A DNA stretch of 64,000 nucleotides from Octopus vulgaris (Eukaryota). A program made the translations under genes and the position numbers. The notes beneath the pieces are model-generated. The model was not told the origin of the DNA. It ran no database searches and was given only the letters and a program-made list of their open reading frames with translations. The stretch is from assembly GCA_951406725.2 (NCBI GenBank), contig OX597814.1, positions 24,304,001-24,368,000 on the forward strand, written 5' to 3'. Of this stretch, positions 41,297 to 53,435 are shown piece by piece; the stretch's first letter is position 1; every line of letters starts with the position of its first letter.

Positions 41297-41331
41297 GTTT
41301 AACGTTTCGAGCGGAGCTCTTCGTCGGAAAC
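41297..41331 (-). ncRNA. Minimal type I hammerhead (U4C core variant)
   Basis: GTTT-CCGACGA-AGAGCTCCGCTC-GAAA-CG-TT|AAAC. Stem III region is the palindrome AACGTT. Confidence 0.7.
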
Positions 41332-41364
<33 letters not shown>

Positions 41365-41432
41365 TGCACATCCACACATATAAAACTATGGAAAGACAGC
41401 TGTGAGTCAGAAGAAATAAATTCCCTGTAACG

Positions 41433-42017
41433 TTGGGAAACAGTGTTACCTTCTTCCTTAGTTATGAAACTCAGTTTAAAAGAGACGACACTTCACATAA
41501 CACCACCCTGAAAAAATCCAGAACAATTGCATCTACAGAAATAAATACACATCCACCGAGATCAAACTATAAACTTCCAAAAGAACACAAATGCACCAAA
41601 TTGACTTCTCACCTGGAAGTAAACCATTCTCAATCTGATAATAGGGACAACTCACTAATAAGGAATGTCAGAAGAAACCAACCTAGGGTTGGGAGTAATT
41701 TTTTCTCCCCAGCAACTAGAAACGTCCATGAGACCCCCTTTACCCCTGAACGAAGAAACTCAACCAACAGATTCTCAACCTATTTACCCAGACAGCACAA
41801 CGAGCTCCCCAGCATCCCAAACATAATTAAGCACCCCAACAATTTATTCCAACAAAGAAACCCGAACCATGTATTTACAACCAGTTTACCCAGACAGCAA
41901 CACCAACCTCCTAGCAGTCCCAATATAATAAATAATAATAATAATAATAATGCTGATTTAATTAATAACAATAATAACACCAATTTTAAGAATAATAGTA
42001 TAATCAATATATATTAA
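41433..42017 (+). pseudogene. Low-complexity N/P/R-rich ORF, possibly the N-terminal region of a Penelope-like ORF
   Basis: 194 open codons with a TTG start, an internal duplication (LPRQHNELPSIPNII / LPRQQHQPPSSPNII), a poly-N tract and an IINIY end, lying between HHR motifs. Confidence 0.35.
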
Positions 42018-42717
42018 TTGTATTATAATTATAAAAATAATTTTAAAAATTAGATTTTTACTGAGTTTTAATAATTTTACTGACTTTTACTTATTTCAAA
42101 ATATTTTTAAATATTTTGAAAATTTATATGTTGAGTAATTTAGTTTACCTATTTACCGACCTATGATTTGGAATAAGAATTGAAGGTATCAATTTTGATA
42201 AAATTAATATTTAGTCCTAAATGTACATATTGTGGATAATGTCATTCACTGATGATTGAGTTGCTTGAAGGTGATTCTGTCTCTTAAACCTATCTATTTA
42301 TATGTATATAATACAGTGATTAATTCATTTTAGTACCACTAAATTGAACTTCCCTCCCCTGTGAACTCGGAAATAACTTGCCTAAGATTAACATTATATA
42401 TATATATATATTCATATATTTCAATATGGAGCAAATAATTCATGAGAAAAATAATTTGTGAAGATACATTGATTCTGTTATTATCTAACGTATCAATTTA
42501 AAAATAACAGAATCAATAATATAGGCGATTGGAGGTCCCACCCAAAAAGCATTAAATAGTTGAAGGATTAAAATTTATCAAAGGACATACCATGTATGTC
42601 TACCTACTGGAAATAAGTCAAAACTCTTATTTAAATTGCCAAAATACACTGATAATATCTACAGAAATCAACCATCTGAAGGCAAACAGGCTAAGACAAT
42701 CTTCCAGCATACATTCT

Positions 42718-42772
42718 AATGTGGACCAGTTTCTGGACTGACATAATAGCCTAGCCTTCCTCAGCATGCATT
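42718..42772 (-). ncRNA. Type I hammerhead motif
   Basis: AATGCATG-CTGAGGA-AGGCT...AGTCCA-GAAA-CTG-GTC|CACATT. Stem III is a near-palindrome (ACCGGT with one C>T). Confidence 0.6.
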
Positions 42773-43257
42773 ACCATGATACAGAGACGAAACCCATCGT
42801 GTGAAAGTCTGTACTGCAACTAATTCGTTTTGCACAGAATTCAATATATGTATGTATATGGATATATATCTTTCTATCTACTTGTGCATGTATCTCCACA
42901 ACAGTAACACACCTGTACCTGTTTTTCTATCATATTTTAACTTCTTATCGATTGGTATAAAGCTGCTTCTTTCAGTATGTGGGAGTGTTATCTTGCAAGT
43001 TAACTGGTAAGATTGCTGGTGCCAGTGCTATGTAAAATACACACATTACATTCTGTAAAGTGGTTCACATTAGGAAGAGCGTCTAGCTGTAGAAACCATG
43101 CCAAATATTGGAGCTTGGCACAGTTCACTAGCTTTCCAGCTCCTGTTGAAATGTTTAACCTAATACAGAATGTAAAAGCAGATGTTAAATGACGATATGT
43201 ATACGCACCCACACCTGGGTATGTATGTATGTATGTATGTGTATATATATATATATA

Positions 43258-43620
43258 CGGCTGTGTGGTAAGTAGCTTGCTTAACCACATGGTTCCAGGT
43301 TCAGTTCCATTGCATGGCACCTTGGGCAGTGTCTACTTTTACTATAGCCTTGGGCCAACCAAAGCCTTATGAGTGGATTTGGTAGATGGAAACTGAAAGA
43401 AGCCCATTGTATATATGTGTGTGGAGGTGTGTGTGTCTGCATTTCTTCCTCAACATTGCTTGACAACCGATGCTGGTGTGTTTTTATCCCTGTAACTTAG
43501 CAGTTAGGCAAAAGATTCCGTTAGAATAAGTACTAAGCTTACAAAGGTTTGCTTAACTAAAGGTGGTGTTCCAGCATGGCCGTAGTCAAATGACTGAAAC
43601 AAATAAAGAAATAAAAGAAT
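43258..43620 (+). mobile_element. Major-family SINE
   Basis: Matches the 3765-4212 copy. Confidence 0.85.
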
Positions 43621-44266
43621 ATAAGAATATATATATACACATACACACACACACACACTGCATCTATAAATATCTATTTATATATTTTTCATTCTCTGTC
43701 ACTTATATATACATAAATATACATGCATATGTCTGCTTATGGATTTATATTTTCAGTTACAGACATGCACTTTGAAACATTAATATTTCTACTAGATAAC
43801 ATTCAAATAATAATTGTCCAATAACATTCAGTTTTCCTGTTTTAAATCCTTTGTTATGTTTGTCAAAGGGAATCCATTGTAGTAAAAATTCAATAAAATC
43901 AAAAAATTATCCTTCAACAATAAATGTTGAAAATTACAGGACTACCTTGCATTAGTCAGTAAAAAAATAAATGGCATTGTTCTTTGATTATCTAAAAACT
44001 GTTTGTTTCTCATCTTGTAATAAATCAAATTTGAAAGAACAAAAGTTGAAGAAAGAGAAATCCATGTTATTTTCTCAAAAGGTTTTAATTGGAAGAAGGT
44101 GAAAGACTGAAGGCAAACCCAATGTTTATATTATAATAAAAGCTAATAATGTGTTTATTTTGTTTGACTGATAGAAAGAAAATTAGCAATACAAATTTAT
44201 CAAAAAGATAATACTTTAAGACATACAACATACTTTAAGACATACTTTAAGACATACTTTAAGACA

Positions 44267-44480
44267 GAGGCGCAATGGCCTAGTGGTTAGGGCAGCGGAC
44301 TCGCGGTCGCAGGATCGCGGTTTCGATTCTCAGACCGGGCGTTGTGTGTGTTTATTGAGCGAAAACACCTAAAAGCTCTACGAGGCTCCGGCAGGGGGTG
44401 GTGATCCCTGCTGTACTCTTTCACCACAATGGCGGTGCCCCAGCATGGCCACAGCTCATGAGCTGAAACTGGAAAAACAA
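44267..44480 (+). mobile_element. tRNA(Arg)-like SINE head joined to a ccagcatggccacag tail
   Basis: Head as in the 4793 copy; the 3' part resembles the major-family tail. Confidence 0.75.
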
Positions 44481-44725
44481 ACAAAACAACAAAACTACTG
44501 TTACTGCTTCTATCACTTCTAATAATAGGCCAACAATTTTTAGGAGAAAAGACAAGTTGATACCATCGATCCCAGTACTTGAGTGATACTTAATTTTAAT
44601 CGACACCCAAAAGGATGAAAGACGAAGTTGACCTTGGTGGGATTTGAACTCAATGCAAAGTCAGAACAAATACTACAAAGTATCTTGTTCTGACGCTCTA
44701 ACAATTATGCCTTCTCACTGCAAAA

Positions 44726-44762
<37 letters not shown>

Positions 44763-44844
44763 TGATAATAATAGAGGGTCAACCATAGGAATGAGCAAGT
44801 GTCTCTGCTGTGCTGCATCTGCAATAGAGTGGATTAAACCATTG

Positions 44845-45470
44845 CCCATATCATGAATGAATGCCCTAAACTTGCCCAAAACCACTACAAGTTGTGGTGA
44901 CACGACCAGGTAGTGAAAGTGCTCTATTGATTGGAAATTATGTGAAAAGTGTGACCTAGAGACAGGCAAGACTAGGTATGAGCACAAACAACAGAGTGAT
45001 GGAGATGGAGACTTGCAAAATCCTCTGGGATTTCCCAATCCAAACAGATCAGGTACTTGAGCATAACTGACCGAAACAAGTGGTGGTTGACAAGGTGTAC
45101 CACATATGCTATATAGTGGATGTTGCATACCCCTTTGACTCACGAACAGTCAAGAAGGAAGGCGTAAAGATAGATAGAACCCTCTTAAGTACAAAATAGC
45201 CTGGCTATGGAAAATGAAGATGGTAGTAATAGTGCCAATTATTGTTGGATCCTTGGGAACAATATCAGAAGGCATCAAGAGGATTATAAAGGAAATTGGA
45301 ATAGTGTCCAGTAGAACTGTTACAAAAGTTTTGCCTCCTTGGCATGGCCAGAATAATCAGGAAAGTATTAGATAGATGAAAAGAGCAAATAGCATGGTAC
45401 TATCAGCTGCAGGTAGTAAGCCCACAATGCATGCAAGACTCCAGTAGCTCCAACAAAACATGTGATAAAG
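44845..45470 (+). pseudogene. R4/Dong-like LINE C-terminus (restriction-like endonuclease)
   Basis: HIMNECPKLAQ, HDQV, FPIQTDQVLEHN, IVDVAYPFD, WLWKMK..VPIIVGSLG, LLG.ARIIRKVL, with stops and frameshifts. Confidence 0.8.
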
Positions 45471-46099
45471 AGATAATAATGATGATGGTGGTGGTGATAA
45501 TGACGATGATGATGACAACTCCTCCTCTGATACAGAATCAGGCATTAATTCTCATGGCTTCTGATCTTAACTGACTGAAAGTGTTATCATGTAGATGATG
45601 GGTTACAGCAAATATTCTGCACAATACCACAGATTTGCTTGTCAGTTGTTTGACCTTAAACTGTTGAGCGTATCCCTTAGTGGCTGATGATATGTACATC
45701 ACTGATCACAAACAGAAGTAGTTGGGGGAGCATCATAGCCATGTGTTGAAAGGAATTCTTTGGGGTTTGGATAATTCACCTCGGAAACATGGGTGTTTCA
45801 TTCGAAATCATTAAACAACCATTATTCATGGATCTTTTGAGCAAGATGGGCTACTCATCTGGAAGAAAATTCTAACTGGGCCCCCCCTCCCTGTAAGGTC
45901 ATGCTTTGTTTATCTTGATATGAAATCACCATGTTGTGTACATATGGTTGTGATGCATGTGCCTAGTGTACGCTTATCGGATGGGTAGTCATGAACGGTA
46001 TACTGGGCTTCGTATATTTTACCTCAGTGGCATTTTGATGGTATGCATTGCTCTCTTACTGAGTAATAATAATAATAATAAGGATAATCAAGGATTGGA

Positions 46100-46390
46100 A
46101 AAAACCACCTGCTTACTGGTAGATATTGCAGGCCCTTCTGACTAAAATATTACCCAAAAGAAGTAGAGAAACTGTCAAAGAACAAAGACCTCAAAAGTGG
46201 CGTATTAGAGATGTGAGGCACGAAGGTGAAAACAATACCAGTAATAATTGGAGCATTGGGCAGAACAAAAAACATATGAACAAAAACGTAGAAGCTATAC
46301 CTTGATCCTCTGTGCTACACACTATCCAAAAAACATATCCCTGCTAGGAACAGCCCACATCCTATGCAAGATAATACAACCTAAACAAGA
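46100..46390 (+). pseudogene. Second R4/Dong-like endonuclease fragment
   Basis: TCLLVDIAGPSD, KEVEKLSK.KDL, TIPVIIGALG, SLLGTAHIL. Confidence 0.75.
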
Positions 46391-46672
46391 TAATTCATAA
46401 ATGCAAGACACACTCTATACAGCAAATATCCAACGGCAAGCCAGATATGCAACACATTACACACACACACAATAAAACACTAATACAACAAAAGACTGTG
46501 CCACACACCATTAAAAAAAAATGAAAATGCTGCAATACAGAACCAGGAATAGTTTGTACATTCCCAACAGCTAAAAAGAACATACAATGTTGCACAGACT
46601 CCAGCAACATGGAGGTGTAGCTAGTGATGCTGTAGAAATTTGCCTGAAACTACCAAATGTTGAATAATAATA

Positions 46673-46709
<37 letters not shown>

Positions 46710-47324
46710 CAATGATGACAAGGAAAATTTTATGGTAATTCTTTCTATTTTTGGTGTTAGGATTAAATATATAATGAATAATATTTCACAAACCTAAAAG
46801 AACAGAGGAAAAGTTTAGCTGGTGCAATCCTCCTTAGAGCCAAGATGGTTTTACTTATAGTTAAAATAGTTTCTAAATTATTTCAAAACATTTCTCCCTT
46901 AACCACAAGTAATACAAAATTTTCCTTAAAAATCCTATGTGGATATGAATCGAACCATGTCTAATACTTTTCCTCTTCCCACAGATTGTCTACTTTAACA
47001 TTTCAACATGTGACATGAAACTATCTCCCCTTCTGTTTAACAGTGGTAGCTTTTTCTTCTTTACCTATCTTGCAAGTAAACTTGGCAACTTTACTAGTAC
47101 TAGTAGCATGAAAAAGCACTCAATGTGCATTGTAAAATGGTTGGTGTTAAGATGGCCATTCGGATGTAGAAACCATTCCAAAGCTGTTGCTGGAGCTCAG
47201 CATAATCCTGCTTCTTGTTGGATCTTGTGAAACTATGCCACCATGGAAACTGATATTAAATAATGTTGATGATGATGAAATATATATACATATCTATGTA
47301 TCTATGTACTTTTACATATATATA

Positions 47325-47480
47325 TATATCAAAACAGTTTGATTCAGAATCCTTGGTACTCTGAGTTTCAAGCACATGGCTACTTTTCAGCCATTGGGGT
47401 ACAGACTTCAATAACTGACGACTAGCCACGTGCTTGAAACTCAAAGCACCAAAGATTCTGAATCAAGCTGTTTGGATCTA
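47325..47480. mobile_element. Palindromic foldback element with two inverted hammerhead motifs
   Basis: Arms meet at ~47400-47405. The right arm reads CTGACGA..GAAA on +, the left arm CTGAAAA..GAAACTCAGAGTA on -. Confidence 0.7.
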
Positions 47481-47733
47481 TACATTTAACCCCAAATAAA
47501 TGTGTTGAGTGCCTTTCTTTCATTTGTCTACTTACTAGTGTGCATATATATACATACACATACTCACTAGTGTGTGTGTGTGTATACATACATCTATCTA
47601 TATATATATATATATATACTCACTAGTGTGTGTGTGTATATACATATACATAATGGATAATAAAATGAATGGTTTACACCTGGTAGCTTAATGGTAAAGC
47701 ACAGTCACTTTCACAGTGATCATTAGGTATATA

Positions 47734-47948
47734 GCAAATGACAGAGAGAAGATGGAATATACAATAATTTATTATTAATCATGATAATTGTTTCAACACA
47801 TCTAGTATCGATTCTTCATGGGTGGGACACTCAACAACTGGTTCAGGAGCATCCATGGTGCAGATGAGGAATCGATGTTATATGTGTCAAAACAATTGTC
47901 ATGATTAATAATAAATTCTTGTATGTTCCATCTTCTGTCTTTCATTTG

Positions 47949-47949
<1 letters not shown>
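47734..47949. mobile_element. Foldback element with decayed hammerhead motifs
   Basis: Arms of about 85 bp. The + arm reads CAGATGA...GTC-AAAA-CAATTG-TC, the - arm GAAA-CAATTA-TC. Confidence 0.6.
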
Positions 47950-47983
<34 letters not shown>

Positions 47984-47996
47984 CACACACACATAT

Positions 47997-48378
47997 ATGG
48001 TGTGGCTACATGGTAAGAAGCTAGCTTCCCAACTATGTGGTTCCAGGTTCAGTCCCTCTACATGGCACTTTGCGCAAGTATCTTCCACAGCAGCCTCAGG
48101 CTGACCAAAGCTTTGTGAGCTGATTTGGTAGACGGAATCTGAGAGAAGTCCATGTGAGTGTGTGTGTGTTTGTGTCTGTTTGTCTTGCACCACTGCTGTT
48201 AACTGGTGCTGGCATGTTTACGTCTGTTATGTAGTGATTTGACAAAAAGACTAAGAGAATAAATAATAGGCTTAAACAAAATTAATGCTGGGGTCGATTC
48301 AATCAGCTAAAAATTCTCCAAGGTTGTGCTCCAGTAAGGCCACAGTCTAATGATGGAAACAAGTAAAAGGTAAAAGAT
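47997..48378 (+). mobile_element. Major-family SINE, old copy
   Basis: Diverged match to the 3765 family. Confidence 0.75.
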
Positions 48379-48384
48379 AAATGG

Positions 48385-48425
<41 letters not shown>

Positions 48426-50014
48426 CTATGCATGTAAGTATTGTCAAGAAAATTATGGTCCCATTTTTAGCCTTGCTGTTAAAACAATTAAAGGTTATGC
48501 ATTTTAAATTTTCATTTATTTTTGAGAAATGTTGATAAAATTTCTTTTAGTTTCAACACTAAATAATTAGGCCAACACATTTGAGTTCTCTTCTACTTGC
48601 TGGAGTAATTAAATTATTAATCATTGACTAAGGCTGTCTTTTCCTCACCACATAATCATTTCTAATTAGCTTTTTAGTATTCACTGCATTATATATAGTA
48701 GCATAAACTTAACTACTATTTTTTCATGCAGATGGAATCTCTGAGTAATTTTGTCTCTAAAATTACATAACAGTAAATATCAAATGCATGCACATTTTAA
48801 GATGAAAGTTTGTTGATTTTGTATAAATATGTGTTTGTATATTTGTATGTTATACTCATTTCCAACACTGTTTGAGTAAAAGAAGTAATACAGTTCTGTG
48901 AATCAATAAGAAATAATGTATATTTCAACAAGTCTATATTGCTTACACATCAAATTGAATAATCTTTACCCTATGTACAGTTATTGTGCTAAAATGCTGT
49001 CATAAGCATTGTACTATGTCCTAAGGGTACTCAGAATCGTTCCAGTATTAACTGAAAATTAAGTACCAACTTCAGTACATAGTAAATAACTTAATACTAG
49101 TACTGACATTTAGTTGTAAAAGAGCCCTCAGGCAAAGTTTTGAATTTTACAGAATTATTTGAGCTGTGTAATTCTTAGATAATGAAAGAAAAACATGAAA
49201 TTACAAGAAATATATTTTTGCAATTGTTAGCACAAATAGCATTGTAAAAGGTTTTGGCAATGAGATAGTAAAACTAGTATTCTTTCTTATCACTTGTGTT
49301 ATAGCCTGAAATTACATTCACCTGCAATTAGTGAAGCTATAATGAGTGTTTAGTTCAAGTTGTATATTTATGTTGGTGTTTAACCACTGGTCATATCTGA
49401 TGAAGCAGATATATTACAAAAGGTATTTCAACCACAATCATCATATCTGCTCTATGCATATGTAGTATCATATTATTCAGTGTTTGCTTTACTTAATTTA
49501 AAAAGTGTGTATGACTTGAAGGCAATTTGCTTGCCATTTCTAGCATATTAATTAACTTGTAGAGGTTTCCTTGCTGGTTCTTTGTGTGTCATTGTTCTTA
49601 TGTTAAAACCAATGAGTTCTCATTGAAAACAGTATGAGGCAATAGTTGTTGTAGCTAGGACCTAATACAACATAAAGCAAATTTCACCATGAGAGACACC
49701 AGGCTACAGTGGAGAAGGTTAACCACTGGATATGGTTAAAAAAAAAGACTGATCAATGACAAGAAGAATATTGAGTGAAGTCTTGTAGCCAGTTGATTTA
49801 GCAAGTAGGGCCTTATCTCAGTGAGTGGGGGCCAGAGAACAATGTCAATGAGAGAAAGGTCCTCAAATGGTGTTCATTCTCTCCTTATGACTCCATAAGC
49901 TTAGTAGTGTTTGGCTTTGTGGATTTTTCAACTGGTAGTGCATGTATCTGCAAATTATTTCTAAATAATGTGTGTGTATGTGTGTAAGTAAGTATGCATA
50001 TGCATGTATATATA

Positions 50015-50050
<36 letters not shown>

Positions 50051-50201
50051 GCCAGTCAAACACTGCCAGATCTGACTGGCCTGGTGCAGCCTTCGGGCTC
50101 CCCAGACCCCAGTTGAACCGTCCAACCCATGCTAGCATGGAAAGCGGACGTTAAACGATGATGATGATGATATATATATATATACATATATACACATACA
50201 C

Positions 50202-50701
50202 ACAGTACCGTGAAAAAGTCTTCGGCCACTTTAAACTATTGTAAATTTATAAATTTCTTCTAATTGCCAGCTTATAAGTGAATGTTTCCCAATGCGTTTT
50301 TTACAGATGAAATATTGGCCCTGTTGGAGTAATTTCCATACCTAATCATTATATTCTGTAGTTAGGGTTCTGAATGAGAGGAGAAGATGTAAGATGACCA
50401 CCCAAAACAGCTATGCAAAAGTTTTCAGTCACCTCACATAAACCAATCAAAATACAGTATTTTAAAGCAGAAAAATGTCTATAATGAAAATTTATTACAG
50501 GTGGCTGAAAACTTTTGCACAGACATTTTGGGTGGTTGTCTTGCATCTTCCCCTCACGTTCAGAACTCCTACTACAAATATAATTAAGTATGGAAATGAC
50601 TCCAACAGAGCCAATGTTTTACCTGTAAAAAACACAATGCGAAATATCCACTTATAAGATGGCAATAATTTACAGTGACCAAAAACTTTTACACAGAACT
50701 A
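50202..50701. mobile_element. Tc1-type MITE remnant
   Basis: Left end cagtaccgtgaaaaagtcttcggccac. Inverted matches gtggctgaaaacttttgcacag (~50501) and gtgaccaaaaacttttacacagaact (~50675). Confidence 0.55.
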
Positions 50702-50810
50702 TATATATATGTATATATATATATATATGTACGTATGTATAAATCTGGCACAGTAGAGCCATATGGAATAACAAGAAAATATACTCATAATCGATAGGAA
50801 CAAGCTCAAA

Positions 50811-50868
50811 CCTCTCATCAGTTATCAACCAAATATCACCAGAATTTCGATACATATAATAATATACT
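50811..50868 (-). ncRNA. Non-circularly permuted hammerhead-like motif
   Basis: AGTA-TA|TTATTA-tatg-TATC-GAAA-TTCT...TGATAA-CTGATGA-GAGG. Core is intact, stems are AU-rich, with one mismatch each in stems II and III. Confidence 0.5.
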
Positions 50869-52704
50869 TCAATTTGGCTGTGTCAGCAATGAAAGTTGCT
50901 GGAACATAAATGAGTGGACATGAAAAGACGAATATAATATAAAAATATGAGACAGGAACAATATCAAGAACAGAAGGGGTCACTAGCCTGAACATAAGTA
51001 AAGATCAGTTGTGAGGATAACAGGAAATCTTTATCAAAGAAACAAATAAGCAAGGATAGAAACAGAAAAAAAATTGTAGAAGAAGTATGTCTTGCAACAA
51101 GAAATAAGAATAAGATGGCTTTCTGTGAAGTAAAACTGAGAGAGAGAGGTGATCTTTCGAGCATAGAAAATAAAAAAATAAAAATGAATAGAGAGATAGT
51201 AAAGGAAAAAGGTAAACAAGAAGAGCAAGGTAAGGTAACTGATAGACAAAAAGATAAAGAAAAGAGCAATAGGAAAAAAAGTAGTCCTTTAAAATACTTG
51301 AAATGGATTACCTTGTGTGTGAGTGAGTGAGTGAGTAAGTATATATGTATATATATATATGTGTATATATGGATATATATCTGTGTACGTATGTATATAT
51401 TTATATATGAATTTGAAAAAAAACTTAGATTAAAATACCTGTGTGTATAACATCATGAGTATACTAATGTGGAATGGCACTAGTTGTCATATTTTGTCAT
51501 AGTAAAAATCTCTCCCTCAAAGAGACTTCTCAGTTAGAAAACAAAGGGATTCACATAGAATATCGGAGGATCACCAGAGCGTGTTTCTTTGTGACTCGGT
51601 CTCCTCAGTGACACACATCTCGGATGCTCTGTATATTGCTTTGCCACTGATGCTTTTTTTCTTCTTCTTTTTTTTTTGTTATTTCTCTACACTATCTCTC
51701 TCTGTCTTGTCAGCTGCAATTCAGTCAACCATAAGTTTTTGTACACAAACACACACACATACACTCACATACACACATTACCATCATCCTCTTAATCATC
51801 ATCACTGTCGTCATCGTTATCATCATCATCACCATCGTCATAATTTTATGTCCACTTTTATTTTAATGGCATAGGTTGGACAAGACTACTTTTATGTGCA
51901 CATGTGTATGTGTGTGTGTGTGTGTGTATACACGTGTGTGCCTATGTATGCAATAAAGTAACGTATATTGTATCTGAATGGGGAAATTTCTGTTTCTTTG
52001 GGTTTCTAAACCACCTTGTGATTATAACAGAGATATCAAATTTGAACATTAACTGTATCTAGTAGGATGTTGATCTGAATCCAACTAGGGGTATATTACT
52101 TATAAGATTCAAAGAAATACTAAAGTAACACATTAAAAGCAATATGTTTTTAATGTTTTAGGGTGAATAAGTTAACTTGATACTTAGGTCACATAGATTT
52201 TATTAATCTCTGTGAAAGGGTTCTCAAACTAAGGCATACATAAATTTAAGAAAACGTAAAAGAGATTGAAAGGGTACATGAGGTTGATAAAAATACTGGG
52301 ATTTTAAAGCAATCACAATGAAATGCAACTTGTATCTCTAGAATATTTGTGTCCCCTTTCTGTTTCTGTTCACTTCTCATTGTGAACAAGAGCTTTCAGC
52401 AATGCTTATATACAAAAACGAATTTCATGCACGACTGTCAGCTGAGAATGATATGCAGGTGTGTCTCCCTCTAAGATGTGCTTAGAATTAAGTTACTTGT
52501 TAGAAAGATCCATACTAATTCACCTCATTAAAAATGTAACATTCAATTAAATAAAATTGGTTTCATATACAAGCACAAGACTAGAAATGTTGAGGATGAA
52601 AACAGTTGATTATATCTTGACAAGTATTTTATTTTATCAGCCCTGGAAGAATGAAAGGGAAAGTTAACTGTAGCAGAATCTTAAATAATAATATTAATAA
52701 TGAA

Positions 52705-53435
52705 ATTATTGTATACAGTGCTCAGGTGCACCACAACTTGTCAAAAGTATATATAAAGCATATCCAGTAATGTAAAAATGTCTGGGAAGTGAACAGTGTA
52801 TGAGTCCGATACATGCTTGCATGTGTATGGAGGGGAGAAAATCAGGTGTAGTGTTGGCAAATCTCAGGAAGCATGGAAGTTTTGAAGGATGCAGTGCTTC
52901 GACAACTAACAACTAACAACATGCTTCAGCAACTCTTAGCATAAAAAAATGTTTCCGAAAGTCATGGGAGCTGTGCTGTTTTCTGACTTTGTAAACATGT
53001 CCATGGGTGTTAGACAGATGGAGCTTGAAAAGGTGCTCAGAGGTATTGTTAGTAAGATGATTAATAGTTTTATGGGTGTCTGTCAAGTCAGCTGCCAGAC
53101 GTCAGTTTAAATGTATCCATGCCCAGGGAAGTAAGGCATTCAGAATATGGCAAATGCCTGATGGAGGGTATTCTCTTGGTTGCACGTTGCTGAATGGTTT
53201 TCAGACGATTAATAGGGGTTCCAGACTGGTGATGCAAATTCCAGGGGAGGCCACACCACAGCTATATAAAGTCTCAGATAGATAGCCAGAGAGCTGCTCA
53301 CAAAGGACTTGGTAAGTGATGCCAAGACACCCTCAGCCTTCTTGGCAATTTTAGCAATGTGTTTTGTCCAACTCAAATCGCTGTCGACAATAATACCCAG
53401 GTCACGTTCACAAGAAGACTTTTTGAGATTAGTGT
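52705..53435 (-). pseudogene. CR1-like LINE 3' fragment
   Basis: ERDLGIIVDSDLSWTKHI, LEFASPVWNPY, IQQRATKRIP, THGHVYK, FRKHFF, with an (AAT)-type tail. Confidence 0.85.
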
